In this document: in pieces, positions 9,524-19,639 of the stretch
Layout of the letters: every line of letters begins with the position of its first letter
How positions within the stretch are numbered: position 1 is the stretch's first letter
Source of the DNA: an uncultured Ignavibacteriaceae bacterium
GTDB taxonomy: Bacteria > Bacteroidota > Ignavibacteria > Ignavibacteriales > Ignavibacteriaceae
Assembly: GCA_964438715.1 (NCBI GenBank)
Contig: CAYTLQ010000324.1
Coordinates: 1 to 54,993 of the forward strand
DNA length: 54,993 nucleotides
Reading direction: 5' to 3'
Program-made: the position numbers and the translations under genes
Notes under the pieces: model-generated
Told to the model about the DNA's origin: nothing
Database searches by the model: none
The model's input: the letters and a program-made list of their open reading frames with translations, nothing else

Positions 9524-10534
9524 ATGACCGAAGACAATAAAGATCGGGGCGGTATAGAACCCGATGAAAACAATCAACCGGGTTTTGAGAGTAATTTCTC
9601 ATCCCCCGGTCAATCAGGGTTACACCCAAAGCTCTCTCCTGTAAAAGCAGGAATACTTGGACTGGCAGGAGGATTCTTCTTTTTTCAGATTCTTGGCTCA
9701 TTGCTCGGTTTAGCAATTTTTGGCAACAATAACAATATTGAAATAGAGAATTTAAACGCATTCCGACTGCTTCAAATAGCAACCCAGATTCTTTTTCTGC
9801 TTTTACCTGCACTTATTTTCTCGAAATTAATTTACGAGGATGTTAGTACAGTTATTCGCTTCCGATTACCGAAATTTGCAGAAATCGGGCTTTTCAGCCT
9901 TGGAATTTTTATTCTCACTATTTTCCTCAATTCGTTTGTTATTATTCAAAACTACTATGTAGATATTTGGGTACAATCCTCACCCTTTTTACAATCATTG
10001 AAATCTACATTCGATCAACTGTCTGAAATGGTAGAAAAAGCATATTCACAGTTGATGAGGATTGAAAATGGATTCGATGTAGTTATTGTAATTGTAGTAG
10101 TAGCTGTTACCCCGGCAATTTGCGAAGAGGTAATGTTTCGTGGTTATATACAGCGCAGTTTCGAACTTCGTTTCAAAAAGTTTGGCGGCGCGCTTATTAC
10201 TGCTTTGTTTTTTGGACTTTATCACTTTAATCCTTTTGCACTTATTCCATTAATCACTCTAGGGCTTTATTTTGGGTATGCCGCATATAAAACCGACTCA
10301 ATTTTTACCGCTATTATTCTTCATTTTATCAATAATTTTATGGCAATAATATTAATCATTATTTATGACGAAAGCCAACTCGACCAGAATTTTAGCGTTA
10401 ACGCCGACTATCTTAAACCGGCGATTATGAATATGATTTATACCGGTATTATGTTCTTGGCACTGATAGCGATGATTAATCTTTATTATAAGATTCAGGA
10501 TAATAATAAGCGCTCACAAAATATTTCAGAGTAG
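9524..10534 (+). CDS. CPBP (CAAX/Abi) family intramembrane glutamic endopeptidase
   Basis: Polytopic membrane protein with the three CPBP motifs: EEVMFRGY, FFGLYHF and HFINN. Confidence 0.8.
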   Translation: MTEDNKDRGGIEPDENNQPGFESNFSSPGQSGLHPKLSPVKAGILGLAGGFFFFQILGSLLGLAIFGNNNNIEIENLNAFRLLQIATQILFLLLPALIFSKLIYEDVSTVIRFRLPKFAEIGLFSLGIFILTIFLNSFVIIQNYYVDIWVQSSPFLQSLKSTFDQLSEMVEKAYSQLMRIENGFDVVIVIVVVAVTPAICEEVMFRGYIQRSFELRFKKFGGALITALFFGLYHFNPFALIPLITLGLYFGYAAYKTDSIFTAIILHFINNFMAIILIIIYDESQLDQNFSVNADYLKPAIMNMIYTGIMFLALIAMINLYYKIQDNNKRSQNISE

Positions 10535-10543
10535 GAGGTCATT

Positions 10544-10903
10544 ATGCCATTTTGCCCTATATGTAAAACGGAATATATAGTTGGAGCAGCTGTTTGTGAT
10601 GAATGCGGTTCAGAACTTGCTCCTGAATTAATGGAGGAAATTCATTTTTCCTCGGATGATTTTTCAATGGTTTATACCTGTGATACCCTCATAGAAGCAG
10701 AAATGATAAAGGCAAATCTTGAAAGCGCCGGTATAGAAACTTTTGTACTAAATCAACAAGATAGAAATTACCCTGGAAGCGGAAATATTGCACTGATAAA
10801 AGTTTTTGTTCGAAAGGACAACGAGGAAGATGCTGTCGAATTTCTTCAAACACTTAACTCCTCTGACCAACAAAATTCCGACGACACCCCAAAGGAGATT
10901 TGA
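10544..10903 (+). CDS. Zinc-ribbon plus DUF2007-like small protein
   Basis: N-terminal CPICxxxY...CDECG zinc ribbon. It is followed by the DUF2007-like segment EAEMIKANLESAGIETFVLNQQD. Confidence 0.55.
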   Translation: MPFCPICKTEYIVGAAVCDECGSELAPELMEEIHFSSDDFSMVYTCDTLIEAEMIKANLESAGIETFVLNQQDRNYPGSGNIALIKVFVRKDNEEDAVEFLQTLNSSDQQNSDDTPKEI

Positions 10904-11718
10904 TATTGCCTTTAAGTAATCGCTCCGTCAGGATTATTGTATCGGTTATATTTATTCCTCTCATCCTGACAATAGTTTACCAGGGGAGTTATGCATTTTT
11001 ATTACTCGTCACCGCCATTGGTCTGACAGCATACTTTGAGTATGTTAGAATGGCGAAGCAAAAAGAGGCAAATGCTCATAGAGTTATTGGTTTTTCGGGT
11101 GTTCTGGCAATTATTACTAATGGCTATTTTCACTATACAGAGCTTGAAGTTATTATTATACTTACTGTATCGGCACTGATGCTTGTGGAATTGTTTCGTA
11201 ATAAAGGGTCGGCAATTTATAACATCGGCAGTACAATGTTGGGTATTTTTTACATCGGTGTTTTTCTCAGTACCTTAGTAGAAATACGCGAAATGTTTTC
11301 AATTTATGAACAGGGCGCTTTTGTAATTTACTCCATTTTTGCTTCTATCTGGATTTGTGATTCAGCGGCATATTTCGGGGGACTCTCCTTTGGTAAACAT
11401 CGACTTTTTGAAAGAGTAAGCCCGAAAAAGAGTTGGGAAGGCGCTATTTTCGGTTTTGTATTTGCTATTACTACAATGTTGCTAGCCCGGTATTTATTGC
11501 TCGATTTTCTGAGTTGGAGCGATGCTCTTTTTATTGGCGCTATTGTGGGAATTTTAGGTCAGACGGGTGATCTTGTTGAGTCGTTACTAAAGCGCGATGC
11601 AGGTGTCAAGGACTCCTCGCAGATTATTCCCGGTCACGGAGGTATCTTCGATCGTTTTGATTCGTTGATTGCCGTTTCGCCTGTAATCTATATTTATATT
11701 AAATACATTGCTTTGTAG
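10900..11718 (+). CDS. cdsA: Phosphatidate cytidylyltransferase
   Basis: Multi-TM protein with the CdsA signature SPKKSWEGAIFGF ... KRDAGVKDSSQIIPGHGGIFDRFDS. It starts at a TTG (10900 or 10906); no in-frame ATG occurs before residue 51. Confidence 0.85.
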   Translation: MILPLSNRSVRIIVSVIFIPLILTIVYQGSYAFLLLVTAIGLTAYFEYVRMAKQKEANAHRVIGFSGVLAIITNGYFHYTELEVIIILTVSALMLVELFRNKGSAIYNIGSTMLGIFYIGVFLSTLVEIREMFSIYEQGAFVIYSIFASIWICDSAAYFGGLSFGKHRLFERVSPKKSWEGAIFGFVFAITTMLLARYLLLDFLSWSDALFIGAIVGILGQTGDLVESLLKRDAGVKDSSQIIPGHGGIFDRFDSLIAVSPVIYIYIKYIAL

Positions 11719-11751
11719 TTTACCGATACGATATTTGTGTTGTGATAATTT

Positions 11752-13047
11752 ATGAATGATAAAAGAAAAGTCAGTCTCATTACTCTTGGATGTTCGAAAA
11801 ATACTGTTGACTCGGAGCGGCTCTTAAAACAGATTTCTCTTAATAAAATAAAAATTGAAAATAATCCGGAGAATGCCGATACAGTAATCATCAATACATG
11901 TGGATTTATTGAAGCCGCAAAGCAGGAGTCGATAAATACTATTCTTAATGCTGTACGCTTAAAGGAAAGTGGTGTTATTCGTAAAGTAATAGTTGCCGGA
12001 TGCCTTTCTGAGCGCTACAAAGAAGAGTTAGAAAAAGAAATCCCCGAAGTAGATGTGTATTTTGGTACGGAAGCCTACGAAGGAATACTCCACGAGCTTG
12101 GGGGAGAGTTAAAATATGAATTACTTGGCGAGAGAATTCTTACCACTCCGTCGCATACGGCATATTTAAAAATATCAGAGGGTTGTGATCATCCTTGTTC
12201 ATTCTGTGCAATACCCTTGATGCGCGGAGGACATAAATCAAAATCAATAGATGAACTTATCCGCGAAACAGAGTTCCTTGCCGCCAATAATACCAAGGAG
12301 CTGGTCCTAATTGCACAGGACACTACCGATTACGGCAAAGATATTTATGGTCAGCGTGTTCTGGCAAAGTTACTTCGGGAATTGAGTAAAGTGAATGGCA
12401 TAGAGTGGATACGCCTGATGTACGCATACCCTTCGCATTTTCCGGATGATGTTATTGAGGAAATAGCGGTAAATCCGAAAATGTGTAAATATATTGATAT
12501 TCCTCTTCAGCATATTTCCGATAACTGTCTGAAGTCAATGCGGCGTGGAGTAACAAAACAACGCCAGATTGAACTCATAGAGAAATTCCGCACCCGCATA
12601 CCGGATATTGTTTTGCGAACAACATTTATTGTTGGCTATCCTGCAGAAACCGATGAGGATTTTCAGGAATTGTGTGATTTTGTTCGTGATACAAAATTCG
12701 ACCGTGTGGGGGTTTTTGAATTTTCTGTCGAGGAAAACACTACAAGTTTCATTCTTGGCGACCCCGTTCCTGCAAAGGTTAAGAAGGCTCGTCGGCATAA
12801 GCTGATGAAAATTCAAGAAGAAATTTCAAGAGAGAAAAATGCTATGCTTGAAGGCAGTACTCTCGAAGTGCTTGTTGAGGCTCGTGAAGGAGATTTTTAT
12901 GTAGCCAGAAGCTGGCGAGATGCTCCCGAAGTAGATGGAGAAGTACTTATCGATTCAAAGGATGCTAGGCTTATGCCGGGACAGTTTGCTAATGTGCGTG
13001 TGTATGATTATAATGAATATGACCTGTTCGCCAAATTAATTGAATGA
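11752..13047 (+). CDS. rimO: Ribosomal protein S12 methylthiotransferase (radical SAM, MiaB/RimO family)
   Basis: N-terminal TLGCSKNxVDSE, radical-SAM CDHPCSFCAIP, a C-terminal TRAM-like domain and a length of about 430 aa. Confidence 0.8.
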   Translation: MNDKRKVSLITLGCSKNTVDSERLLKQISLNKIKIENNPENADTVIINTCGFIEAAKQESINTILNAVRLKESGVIRKVIVAGCLSERYKEELEKEIPEVDVYFGTEAYEGILHELGGELKYELLGERILTTPSHTAYLKISEGCDHPCSFCAIPLMRGGHKSKSIDELIRETEFLAANNTKELVLIAQDTTDYGKDIYGQRVLAKLLRELSKVNGIEWIRLMYAYPSHFPDDVIEEIAVNPKMCKYIDIPLQHISDNCLKSMRRGVTKQRQIELIEKFRTRIPDIVLRTTFIVGYPAETDEDFQELCDFVRDTKFDRVGVFEFSVEENTTSFILGDPVPAKVKKARRHKLMKIQEEISREKNAMLEGSTLEVLVEAREGDFYVARSWRDAPEVDGEVLIDSKDARLMPGQFANVRVYDYNEYDLFAKLIE

Positions 13048-14329
13048 GTGCATGATGAAAATGTTACTTTCCTTGTTATTGTTCTGTGCGGCTCTTGTGG
13101 TTTCAGTGAATGGACAGAAAGACCGTTCTGAAACAGAAATATTTTCATTACCTGCTTTTTACTTCGATGTGCTGAATTTTTCTGACGGTGATTCCGCAAC
13201 TACCCGTGTCGATGTTTTTGTTCAGGTGCCGTTTAATAAAATACAATTCGTTAAGTCAGAAAACGGATTCAGGGGTGAATACTCTCTTACTGTTTCATTT
13301 TTGAGCGAAGATAAATCTGTTTTGTTAATGGAGAAGATGTGGAATGAAAAAGTAGAAGTCACAGACTTTAACCAAACAATGGCGAAATCGAATTTTAATC
13401 TCAGTCTTCGTTCATTTAAACTTAAACCTCAGTCAGCGGTTGTGCGCCTGGTTTTTGAAGATAAAGATTCCCGTAAAACTTATAGTTTTGAGTCGCCATT
13501 TACCATCAGAGATTTTAATACCCCAATTACCGCAAGCGATATTATTCTCATAACACCTTCTACCGGTGCCTCAAAGGGCGGTAAATTTATTCCGAATATT
13601 TCTCGTACTATTACAAACCACAAAATCGCAATGCCAATTTATTATGAGCTTTATTGTAAAGAAGCACGCGATGTTTCAATACGCTATTCGGTTATAAATC
13701 AGGAAAGTCAGGTAATACTTAGCAAAACGGAGGAGAAACATTTTAACGCCGGAAAAACACAGGCGTATTTTACTTTTGATAGTCTCGAATATACAACAGG
13801 AGAATATTATCTTCGTGTAACAGTTCTCGACGATAATCTTGATGAATTGGTTGTTTTACAGAAAAAGGTTACTTCCCGTCTTCCCGGTCTTTCGTTTATA
13901 ATAAAGGACCTCGATAAGGCTATTGATCAGATGGTTTATATTGCTACATCTGCAGAGTTACAGGAAATTAAAGACGGTAAAACCTATGAAGAAAAACTTA
14001 TTCGGTTTCTGAATTACTGGAAGAAAAAAGATCCAAGCGCCGCAACTGAGGAGAATGAAATATTTAATGAATACTACCGCCGAATAGAATTCTGCAATAA
14101 AAATTTTTCGCACTATATGGAAGGTTGGCGAACCGATATGGGAATGGTTTATGTCATTCTTGGCGCCCCGAATAATATCGACCGTCATCCATTCGATTAC
14201 AACTCGAAGCCCTATGAAGTATGGGAATATTACGACCTTAATAAAAAATTTGTTTTTGTTGATGCTACCGGATTTGGAGACTACCGTCTTGTTACACCGC
14301 TTTACGGCGATACTTACCGCTTCCGTTGA
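13040..14329 (+). CDS. GWxTD domain-containing secreted protein
   Basis: Signal peptide. The C-terminal domain carries the eponymous GWRTDMGMVYVILGAP motif followed by YEVWEY. Confidence 0.75.
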   Translation: MNECMMKMLLSLLLFCAALVVSVNGQKDRSETEIFSLPAFYFDVLNFSDGDSATTRVDVFVQVPFNKIQFVKSENGFRGEYSLTVSFLSEDKSVLLMEKMWNEKVEVTDFNQTMAKSNFNLSLRSFKLKPQSAVVRLVFEDKDSRKTYSFESPFTIRDFNTPITASDIILITPSTGASKGGKFIPNISRTITNHKIAMPIYYELYCKEARDVSIRYSVINQESQVILSKTEEKHFNAGKTQAYFTFDSLEYTTGEYYLRVTVLDDNLDELVVLQKKVTSRLPGLSFIIKDLDKAIDQMVYIATSAELQEIKDGKTYEEKLIRFLNYWKKKDPSAATEENEIFNEYYRRIEFCNKNFSHYMEGWRTDMGMVYVILGAPNNIDRHPFDYNSKPYEVWEYYDLNKKFVFVDATGFGDYRLVTPLYGDTYRFR

Positions 14330-14350
14330 TAATTTATTGCCACCGAAAAA

Positions 14351-15319
14351 ATGATTCTCACTGTTACACTTAATCCATTATTAGAGTTTAGATATTCCCG
14401 TAAATGTATTGAAGCGGGAAACACCTACCGCGATGCCGTCTATTCCGAGCAGGCAGGCGGTAAGGGAATCAATGTTTCGCGCCAATTACTGCATCTCGGC
14501 GTGCAAAGCTTTGTTTTCACATTTACGGGACCTCTCTACGGGAAAAAATTTAAAGAACTTATTGAAAATGAAGGAATAAAAAATACCGTTATTCGCACAA
14601 AAGCAGATACACGAACTGCATCCGTCTTTATTGATGAAGATAATTGTAAGGTTACCTCTTTTTTTTCTCCTGATCCGTTTATTCGTAGAGAAGAGGCTGA
14701 TGAATTTCTGCAGAAGTTGTTAAAGATTATTCAAAATTGCGAAATAGTAGTACTCTCCGGCAGTTCTCCTTCGGAAGAGACCGATTTTATTTTCTGTGAA
14801 GCTATTAAGGCGGCCGGTTCATACGATAAAATTTCCGTTCTTGACACTTACGGAAGACATTTTTCCTCTGCCGTAAAAGCTGGTCCGACCATTCTGCATA
14901 CCAATGTTTCCGAAGCAGAAAAATCTCTTGATATTTCACTCCAAACTGAAGAGGATATTAAAAAGTATCTTCTGACTATGTATGGGTATGGAATTAAACA
15001 GGTATATCTTACCAATGGCGGTAAGGATACCTATGCTTCTAATTTCGATTTTGTTTATAAAGTTTCTAATCCTGCAATACGCGTTTTCGATGAGACAGGC
15101 AGTGGCGATGCATTTACTGCAGGTATTGTATATGGTCTGTTTCACGATATGGTATTTGAAGACACACTGAAATTTGCTTCTGCGCTTGGAGCCGCAAATG
15201 CTGCTGTTTCGTCTGTCTGTGCAATTCAACCGGGTGTAGCTGAGCAATACTTTTCTGAAATTGGTATTACCACAATCGGCAAGAAGATGAAGCTTATCGA
15301 TGTTTCGTCGAATCATTAG
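14351..15319 (+). CDS. PfkB-family hexose-phosphate kinase (1-phosphofructokinase/tagatose-6-phosphate kinase type)
   Basis: TLNPLLE start, GGKGINVSR and a C-terminal GSGDAFTAG ATP-site motif. Confidence 0.75.
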   Translation: MILTVTLNPLLEFRYSRKCIEAGNTYRDAVYSEQAGGKGINVSRQLLHLGVQSFVFTFTGPLYGKKFKELIENEGIKNTVIRTKADTRTASVFIDEDNCKVTSFFSPDPFIRREEADEFLQKLLKIIQNCEIVVLSGSSPSEETDFIFCEAIKAAGSYDKISVLDTYGRHFSSAVKAGPTILHTNVSEAEKSLDISLQTEEDIKKYLLTMYGYGIKQVYLTNGGKDTYASNFDFVYKVSNPAIRVFDETGSGDAFTAGIVYGLFHDMVFEDTLKFASALGAANAAVSSVCAIQPGVAEQYFSEIGITTIGKKMKLIDVSSNH

Positions 15320-17042
15320 TATTCTGTTTTTTTTTACCTTCCCATTGTTTTCTCAAAACGGTTTATCTTTTTCTCTCCGGGGAAATACAATATTAAATGA
15401 AAACCAGATCAACACAATCATTCGGGTATTGCCTGAGTCCGCTACCTTCAACGATATAACGAAATTTTTAACTGACACATTACAATCATTTTTACGCGAG
15501 AGCGGTTTTTATTCTCCAACGATTGCAGTTAATCCTTCATCCGCAGAAGATAGTGCTTCCGGTAAGTACTATGTAACGGTGAATGATGGCGAGCCTTGCA
15601 TTATTGATACGCTTGAAATCCTTGTTCCAGACTCGATTGTAAGAAATATTCCTCTCCCCGATTATTCGTTTATTCTCGGCCGTACTTTTACAAAAAGCCG
15701 AATAGAAACATATATTGCCGGTCTTCTTTCTGAAATGCAGGAATATGGGTATCCGTTTGCAGAGGTTCATGTCTCGTCCGTAGCATTTCGTGATTCATTC
15801 CTTATTGCAGATATCCGCCTTGAATTAAAGCCGGGGCTGTTCTGTCGGGTAAATCGCATTGAAATTGAAGGCAATACCTCAACTGATGAAGAGGTTATCC
15901 TTCGCCAGATTCCGGTTAAGGTTGGTGATGTTTATACTTTTTCTAAGGTTCAACTCATTCCTCAGCAGTTAAATAAATTACGCTTCTTTGAGCCTGTTTC
16001 TTCTCCTGATTTTTATATAAACTCAAAAAATGAGGGTATCCTAAAAATTACTGTACGGGAAAAAAACACCAATAACTTCGATGGAGTACTAGGGTTTATA
16101 CCTTCACAAAAAAAAGGCGAATCCGGCTATCTGACAGGTTTAGTTACCATTTCAATGCGCAATCTTCTGGGCACCGGAAGAAGTGCAGGGTTCCGCTGGC
16201 AGAAAATTGATAAACTTTCTCAGGAACTAGAACTTCGATATCAGGAACCGTATGTTCTCGGCTATCCGGTAATTTTGGGAGGTGCATTTTTTCAAAAGCG
16301 GCAGGATAGCACCTACATACAGCTTAAATATGAGTTTTCTGCTGAATATATAGCTACTGATGACATCAGTTTTATTGCGTCAGCATCATTCGAATCGGTA
16401 ATCCCTTCTCTCCGAGAGGTTCCAGTGTTTACTGTTTTTAGTTCCGACCTGATTACAACAGGGCTTTCATTTAAAACAGATACGCGTGACGATCCTTACT
16501 CCAGCAGAAGAGGTCTATTTTTTCTCACCTCATATTCATTTAGCACAAAAAAGATCAGCGGACCGGCGGAATATATCTCACCCGGGTTACAGGTAAAAAA
16601 TGAAATTCAACGATATGGCTTGAGTTTTCGATATTTCATAGAAACTTTCAAAAATCAGGTGTTTACTGCTTCGCTGTATTTACGAGACACAAGGGGAGAT
16701 TTAATAGAAATAAGCGATTTGTATTCACTTGGCGGAACGACAACACTACGCGGCTATAGAGAAAATCAGTTTCTCGGTCAGCGAATAGCATGGTCTAATC
16801 TTGAATACCGTTTCCTGCTTGATGTACGATCGTATGCTTTTCTGTTTTTCGATTCCGGGTATTTTCTGCAAAAAGAAGATGTTACACGAAAGATAAAAGA
16901 AAATAAAGGTTATCCGAATGGTTTCGGCTTCGGACTTACCTTACAAAGTGGTCTCGGCGTTATCTCGGTGAGTTATGCTCTTGCGCGGGGTGATGCTTTA
17001 AACGAGGGAAAAATCCATTTTGGATTAATTAATGAGTTTTAG
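15300..17042 (+). CDS. BamA/TamA-family outer-membrane protein (POTRA plus surface-antigen beta-barrel)
   Basis: Signal peptide and POTRA-like segments (RVNRIEIEGNTSTDEEVILRQI). The C-terminal barrel shows GGTTTLRGY and a terminal aromatic residue (...GLINEF). Confidence 0.7.
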   Translation: MFRRIISILFFFTFPLFSQNGLSFSLRGNTILNENQINTIIRVLPESATFNDITKFLTDTLQSFLRESGFYSPTIAVNPSSAEDSASGKYYVTVNDGEPCIIDTLEILVPDSIVRNIPLPDYSFILGRTFTKSRIETYIAGLLSEMQEYGYPFAEVHVSSVAFRDSFLIADIRLELKPGLFCRVNRIEIEGNTSTDEEVILRQIPVKVGDVYTFSKVQLIPQQLNKLRFFEPVSSPDFYINSKNEGILKITVREKNTNNFDGVLGFIPSQKKGESGYLTGLVTISMRNLLGTGRSAGFRWQKIDKLSQELELRYQEPYVLGYPVILGGAFFQKRQDSTYIQLKYEFSAEYIATDDISFIASASFESVIPSLREVPVFTVFSSDLITTGLSFKTDTRDDPYSSRRGLFFLTSYSFSTKKISGPAEYISPGLQVKNEIQRYGLSFRYFIETFKNQVFTASLYLRDTRGDLIEISDLYSLGGTTTLRGYRENQFLGQRIAWSNLEYRFLLDVRSYAFLFFDSGYFLQKEDVTRKIKENKGYPNGFGFGLTLQSGLGVISVSYALARGDALNEGKIHFGLINEF

Positions 17043-17385
17043 TTTTATCGGTATTCGCCCTCTTCATATTTTTTATTACAAAAAATTATCTCGTTTGTGA
17101 GCAGAAAAATATTTTATATCTCACTTCCTAATAATATAACTCCTTATCTCCATCGTAGATAGAATCAATAATCCGTTAATTAGTTTACCGAAGTAATTAC
17201 ATTATTCTACAGCATTTTGTTCCGTACAATAAGTTACGGAAACCGAAATAGTCTGTTAGCAAATGTCTTTATGGAATTTGCTCCCTGCTCTAAGGAGAAT
17301 TTTTTTCCGAAGCACCAAATAGATGAACTTCTGAAAGTTACTTACCCGGTAGGGTATTTAATGAATTGAAAAATTAATAGGGAAT

Positions 17386-17420
17386 CCTGACACGGAAACT
17401 TAGAAAGTTTCCATGTCAGG
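17386..17420. terminator. Long hairpin between the convergent BamA-like and acs genes (possible terminator)
   Basis: CCTGACACGGAAACT (17386-17400) pairs with AGTTTCCATGTCAGG (17406-17420): 15 bp with one mismatch. It lies 13 nt downstream of the acs stop on the minus strand. The T-run is not immediately adjacent, hence the low confidence. Confidence 0.4.
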
Positions 17421-17432
17421 AAATAATAGCAA

Positions 17433-19325
17433 CTATTCCTCAAGAGTAGAAAGATTACCGGGATCCTGACCCAGCGCCCTTGCCTTTAAAACCCTCCGCA
17501 TAATCTTTCCGCTTCGTGTTTTCGGTAATACATCAACTATTTCAATATGCTCGGGTTTTGCAATAGGTCCTACCTCATGCCCCACATGGTTTCGAAGTTC
17601 ATCAACAAGTTTTTCAGATCGGTCAACGCCGGCTTTAAGAATAACAAAACAGTGAATGGCGTTACCTTTAATTTCATGAGGCAACCCAATTGCGGCGGCT
17701 TCTGCAACCGCCGGATGACTAACAAGCGCACTTTCAATTTCTGCTGTACCAAGTCGGTAACCCGAAACCTTAATTACATCATCAACTCTTCCGATAATCC
17801 AGAAATACCCGTCTTCATCTTTTCTGGCTGAATCACCGGTCATATAGTAATCTTTAAATTTGCTCCAGTATTGGTTAACATATCGTTGATCGTCTTTATA
17901 AATAGTTCGCATCATTGCGGGCCAAGGTGTTTTGATAACCAGATACCCCTCTTCATTGGCTTTTACGGGTTCACCCTCTTCATTTACTACTTCCATCTGA
18001 ACACCAAGAAATGGTCGCGTACCGGAACCCGGTTTTAAGGGTACAGAAGGAACAGGAGTAATCATAAACATCCCCGTTTCCGTTTGCCACCAGGTATCCA
18101 TAATCGGACATTTTTCCTTACCAATAACTTTATAATACCAGCGCCAAGCCTCAGGATTTATGGGCTCTCCCACACTACCCAGCAACCGCAAAGAGGAAAG
18201 ATCATGCCGGTTCGGCCACGCTTCGCCAAAGCGCATTAGTCCACGAATTGCAGTTGGTGCAGTATAAAGAATATTTATTCCGTATTTTTCAATCATCTGC
18301 CACCATCGGTTCGGGTAGGGATGATTTGGCGCTCCCTCATACATAAATGATGTAGCTCCGTTGAGCAGTGGTCCATAAACAATGTAACTATGCCCTGTTA
18401 TCCATCCCGGATCGGCAGCACACCAATACCGGTCTTCTTCGTGTATATCGAATACATATTTCAGAGTAGTGTAAGTGCCAACCATGTAGCCGCCATGAGT
18501 ATGCAAAATAGCTTTCGGTTTACCTGTAGTGCCGGAAGTATAAAGAATGAATAATGGGTCTTCTGCATCAAGTTCTTCTGCTGGGCAATGACTGTTCGCA
18601 ATTGGCAATGACATCAGCTCGTGATACCACATATCTCTGCCTGCTTCCATATTCACCGGTTCGCCCGTTCTTTTTACAACAAGAACACTTGAAACCGATG
18701 CGGCACGCTGTAATGCTTCATCAACAATAGCTTTTAACGGCACCACCTTGCCTCGCTGAAACGAGCCATCTGCTGTAATCAGAACTTTTGACTGACTGTC
18801 TTCAAGTCGCTCGTGCAAAGCCTCCACTGAGAAACCACCATAAACTACAGAGTGAATTGCTCCTATACGCGCACAGGCGAGCATTGCAATCATAAGCTCA
18901 GGTATCCTGCCCATGTAAATTGTAACGCGGTCACCTTTCCGGACACCAAGACTCTTCAGTACATTTGCTACTTTACTGGTTTCACGGTGCAAAGCAAAGT
19001 ACGAGAATCCTCTGAATTCCCCTTTTTCTCCCTCCCAGATAAGAGCCAGTTTATTTCTCCGGAAGGTTGAAGTATGAACATCAAGACAGTTATAACATAT
19101 ATTTGTTTTTCCCCCGGTAAACCACTTAAAGAAAGGCTTTTTACTATCATCTAAAACTTTATCCCATTTTTTAAACCAGTGAAGATTCTTTGCTTCATTC
19201 GCCCAGAATCCTTGTAAATCTTCTGAAGCAAATTTTAACATTTCTTCATAGTTTTTTGCGTTACTGTGTTTAACCACTTCTTTAGAGGGGTAGTAAACTT
19301 CGCCTGAAAGCTGTTGGTGTTCCAT
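17433..19325 (-). CDS. acs: Acetyl-CoA synthetase (acetate--CoA ligase)
   Basis: 630 aa with the AMP-binding signature YTSGTTGKPKA, WWQTETG, YMTGDSARKDEDGYFWIIGRVDDVIKVSGYRLGTAEIE and a C-terminal TRSGKIMRR. Confidence 0.95.
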   Translation of the reverse strand: MEHQQLSGEVYYPSKEVVKHSNAKNYEEMLKFASEDLQGFWANEAKNLHWFKKWDKVLDDSKKPFFKWFTGGKTNICYNCLDVHTSTFRRNKLALIWEGEKGEFRGFSYFALHRETSKVANVLKSLGVRKGDRVTIYMGRIPELMIAMLACARIGAIHSVVYGGFSVEALHERLEDSQSKVLITADGSFQRGKVVPLKAIVDEALQRAASVSSVLVVKRTGEPVNMEAGRDMWYHELMSLPIANSHCPAEELDAEDPLFILYTSGTTGKPKAILHTHGGYMVGTYTTLKYVFDIHEEDRYWCAADPGWITGHSYIVYGPLLNGATSFMYEGAPNHPYPNRWWQMIEKYGINILYTAPTAIRGLMRFGEAWPNRHDLSSLRLLGSVGEPINPEAWRWYYKVIGKEKCPIMDTWWQTETGMFMITPVPSVPLKPGSGTRPFLGVQMEVVNEEGEPVKANEEGYLVIKTPWPAMMRTIYKDDQRYVNQYWSKFKDYYMTGDSARKDEDGYFWIIGRVDDVIKVSGYRLGTAEIESALVSHPAVAEAAAIGLPHEIKGNAIHCFVILKAGVDRSEKLVDELRNHVGHEVGPIAKPEHIEIVDVLPKTRSGKIMRRVLKARALGQDPGNLSTLEE

Positions 19326-19639
19326 TTTATGCTCTTTGAATTATTATGTAATAATAATGATTGATTAGTACAACGAAATGACTATTCTAAAACTATTTAG
19401 GGAAAACCTTTCCGATAAAAAAAATTACTAAAAATTACTCTAAAATACAATCAGTCTGACATGTACACTTCATTGTTAAGTTATAAGGTATCAGGTATCC
19501 TCACCGCAATTATTCTGATTACATATTTAACCATTAAAAGAAGATAAAAACCGTCCTGAGAATTTTCTCAGGTTCAAATTAAACCAATTTCGTAATTTCC
19601 GTAACTAATATTAATACCTTCATCATAGTCAGGCCAGAA

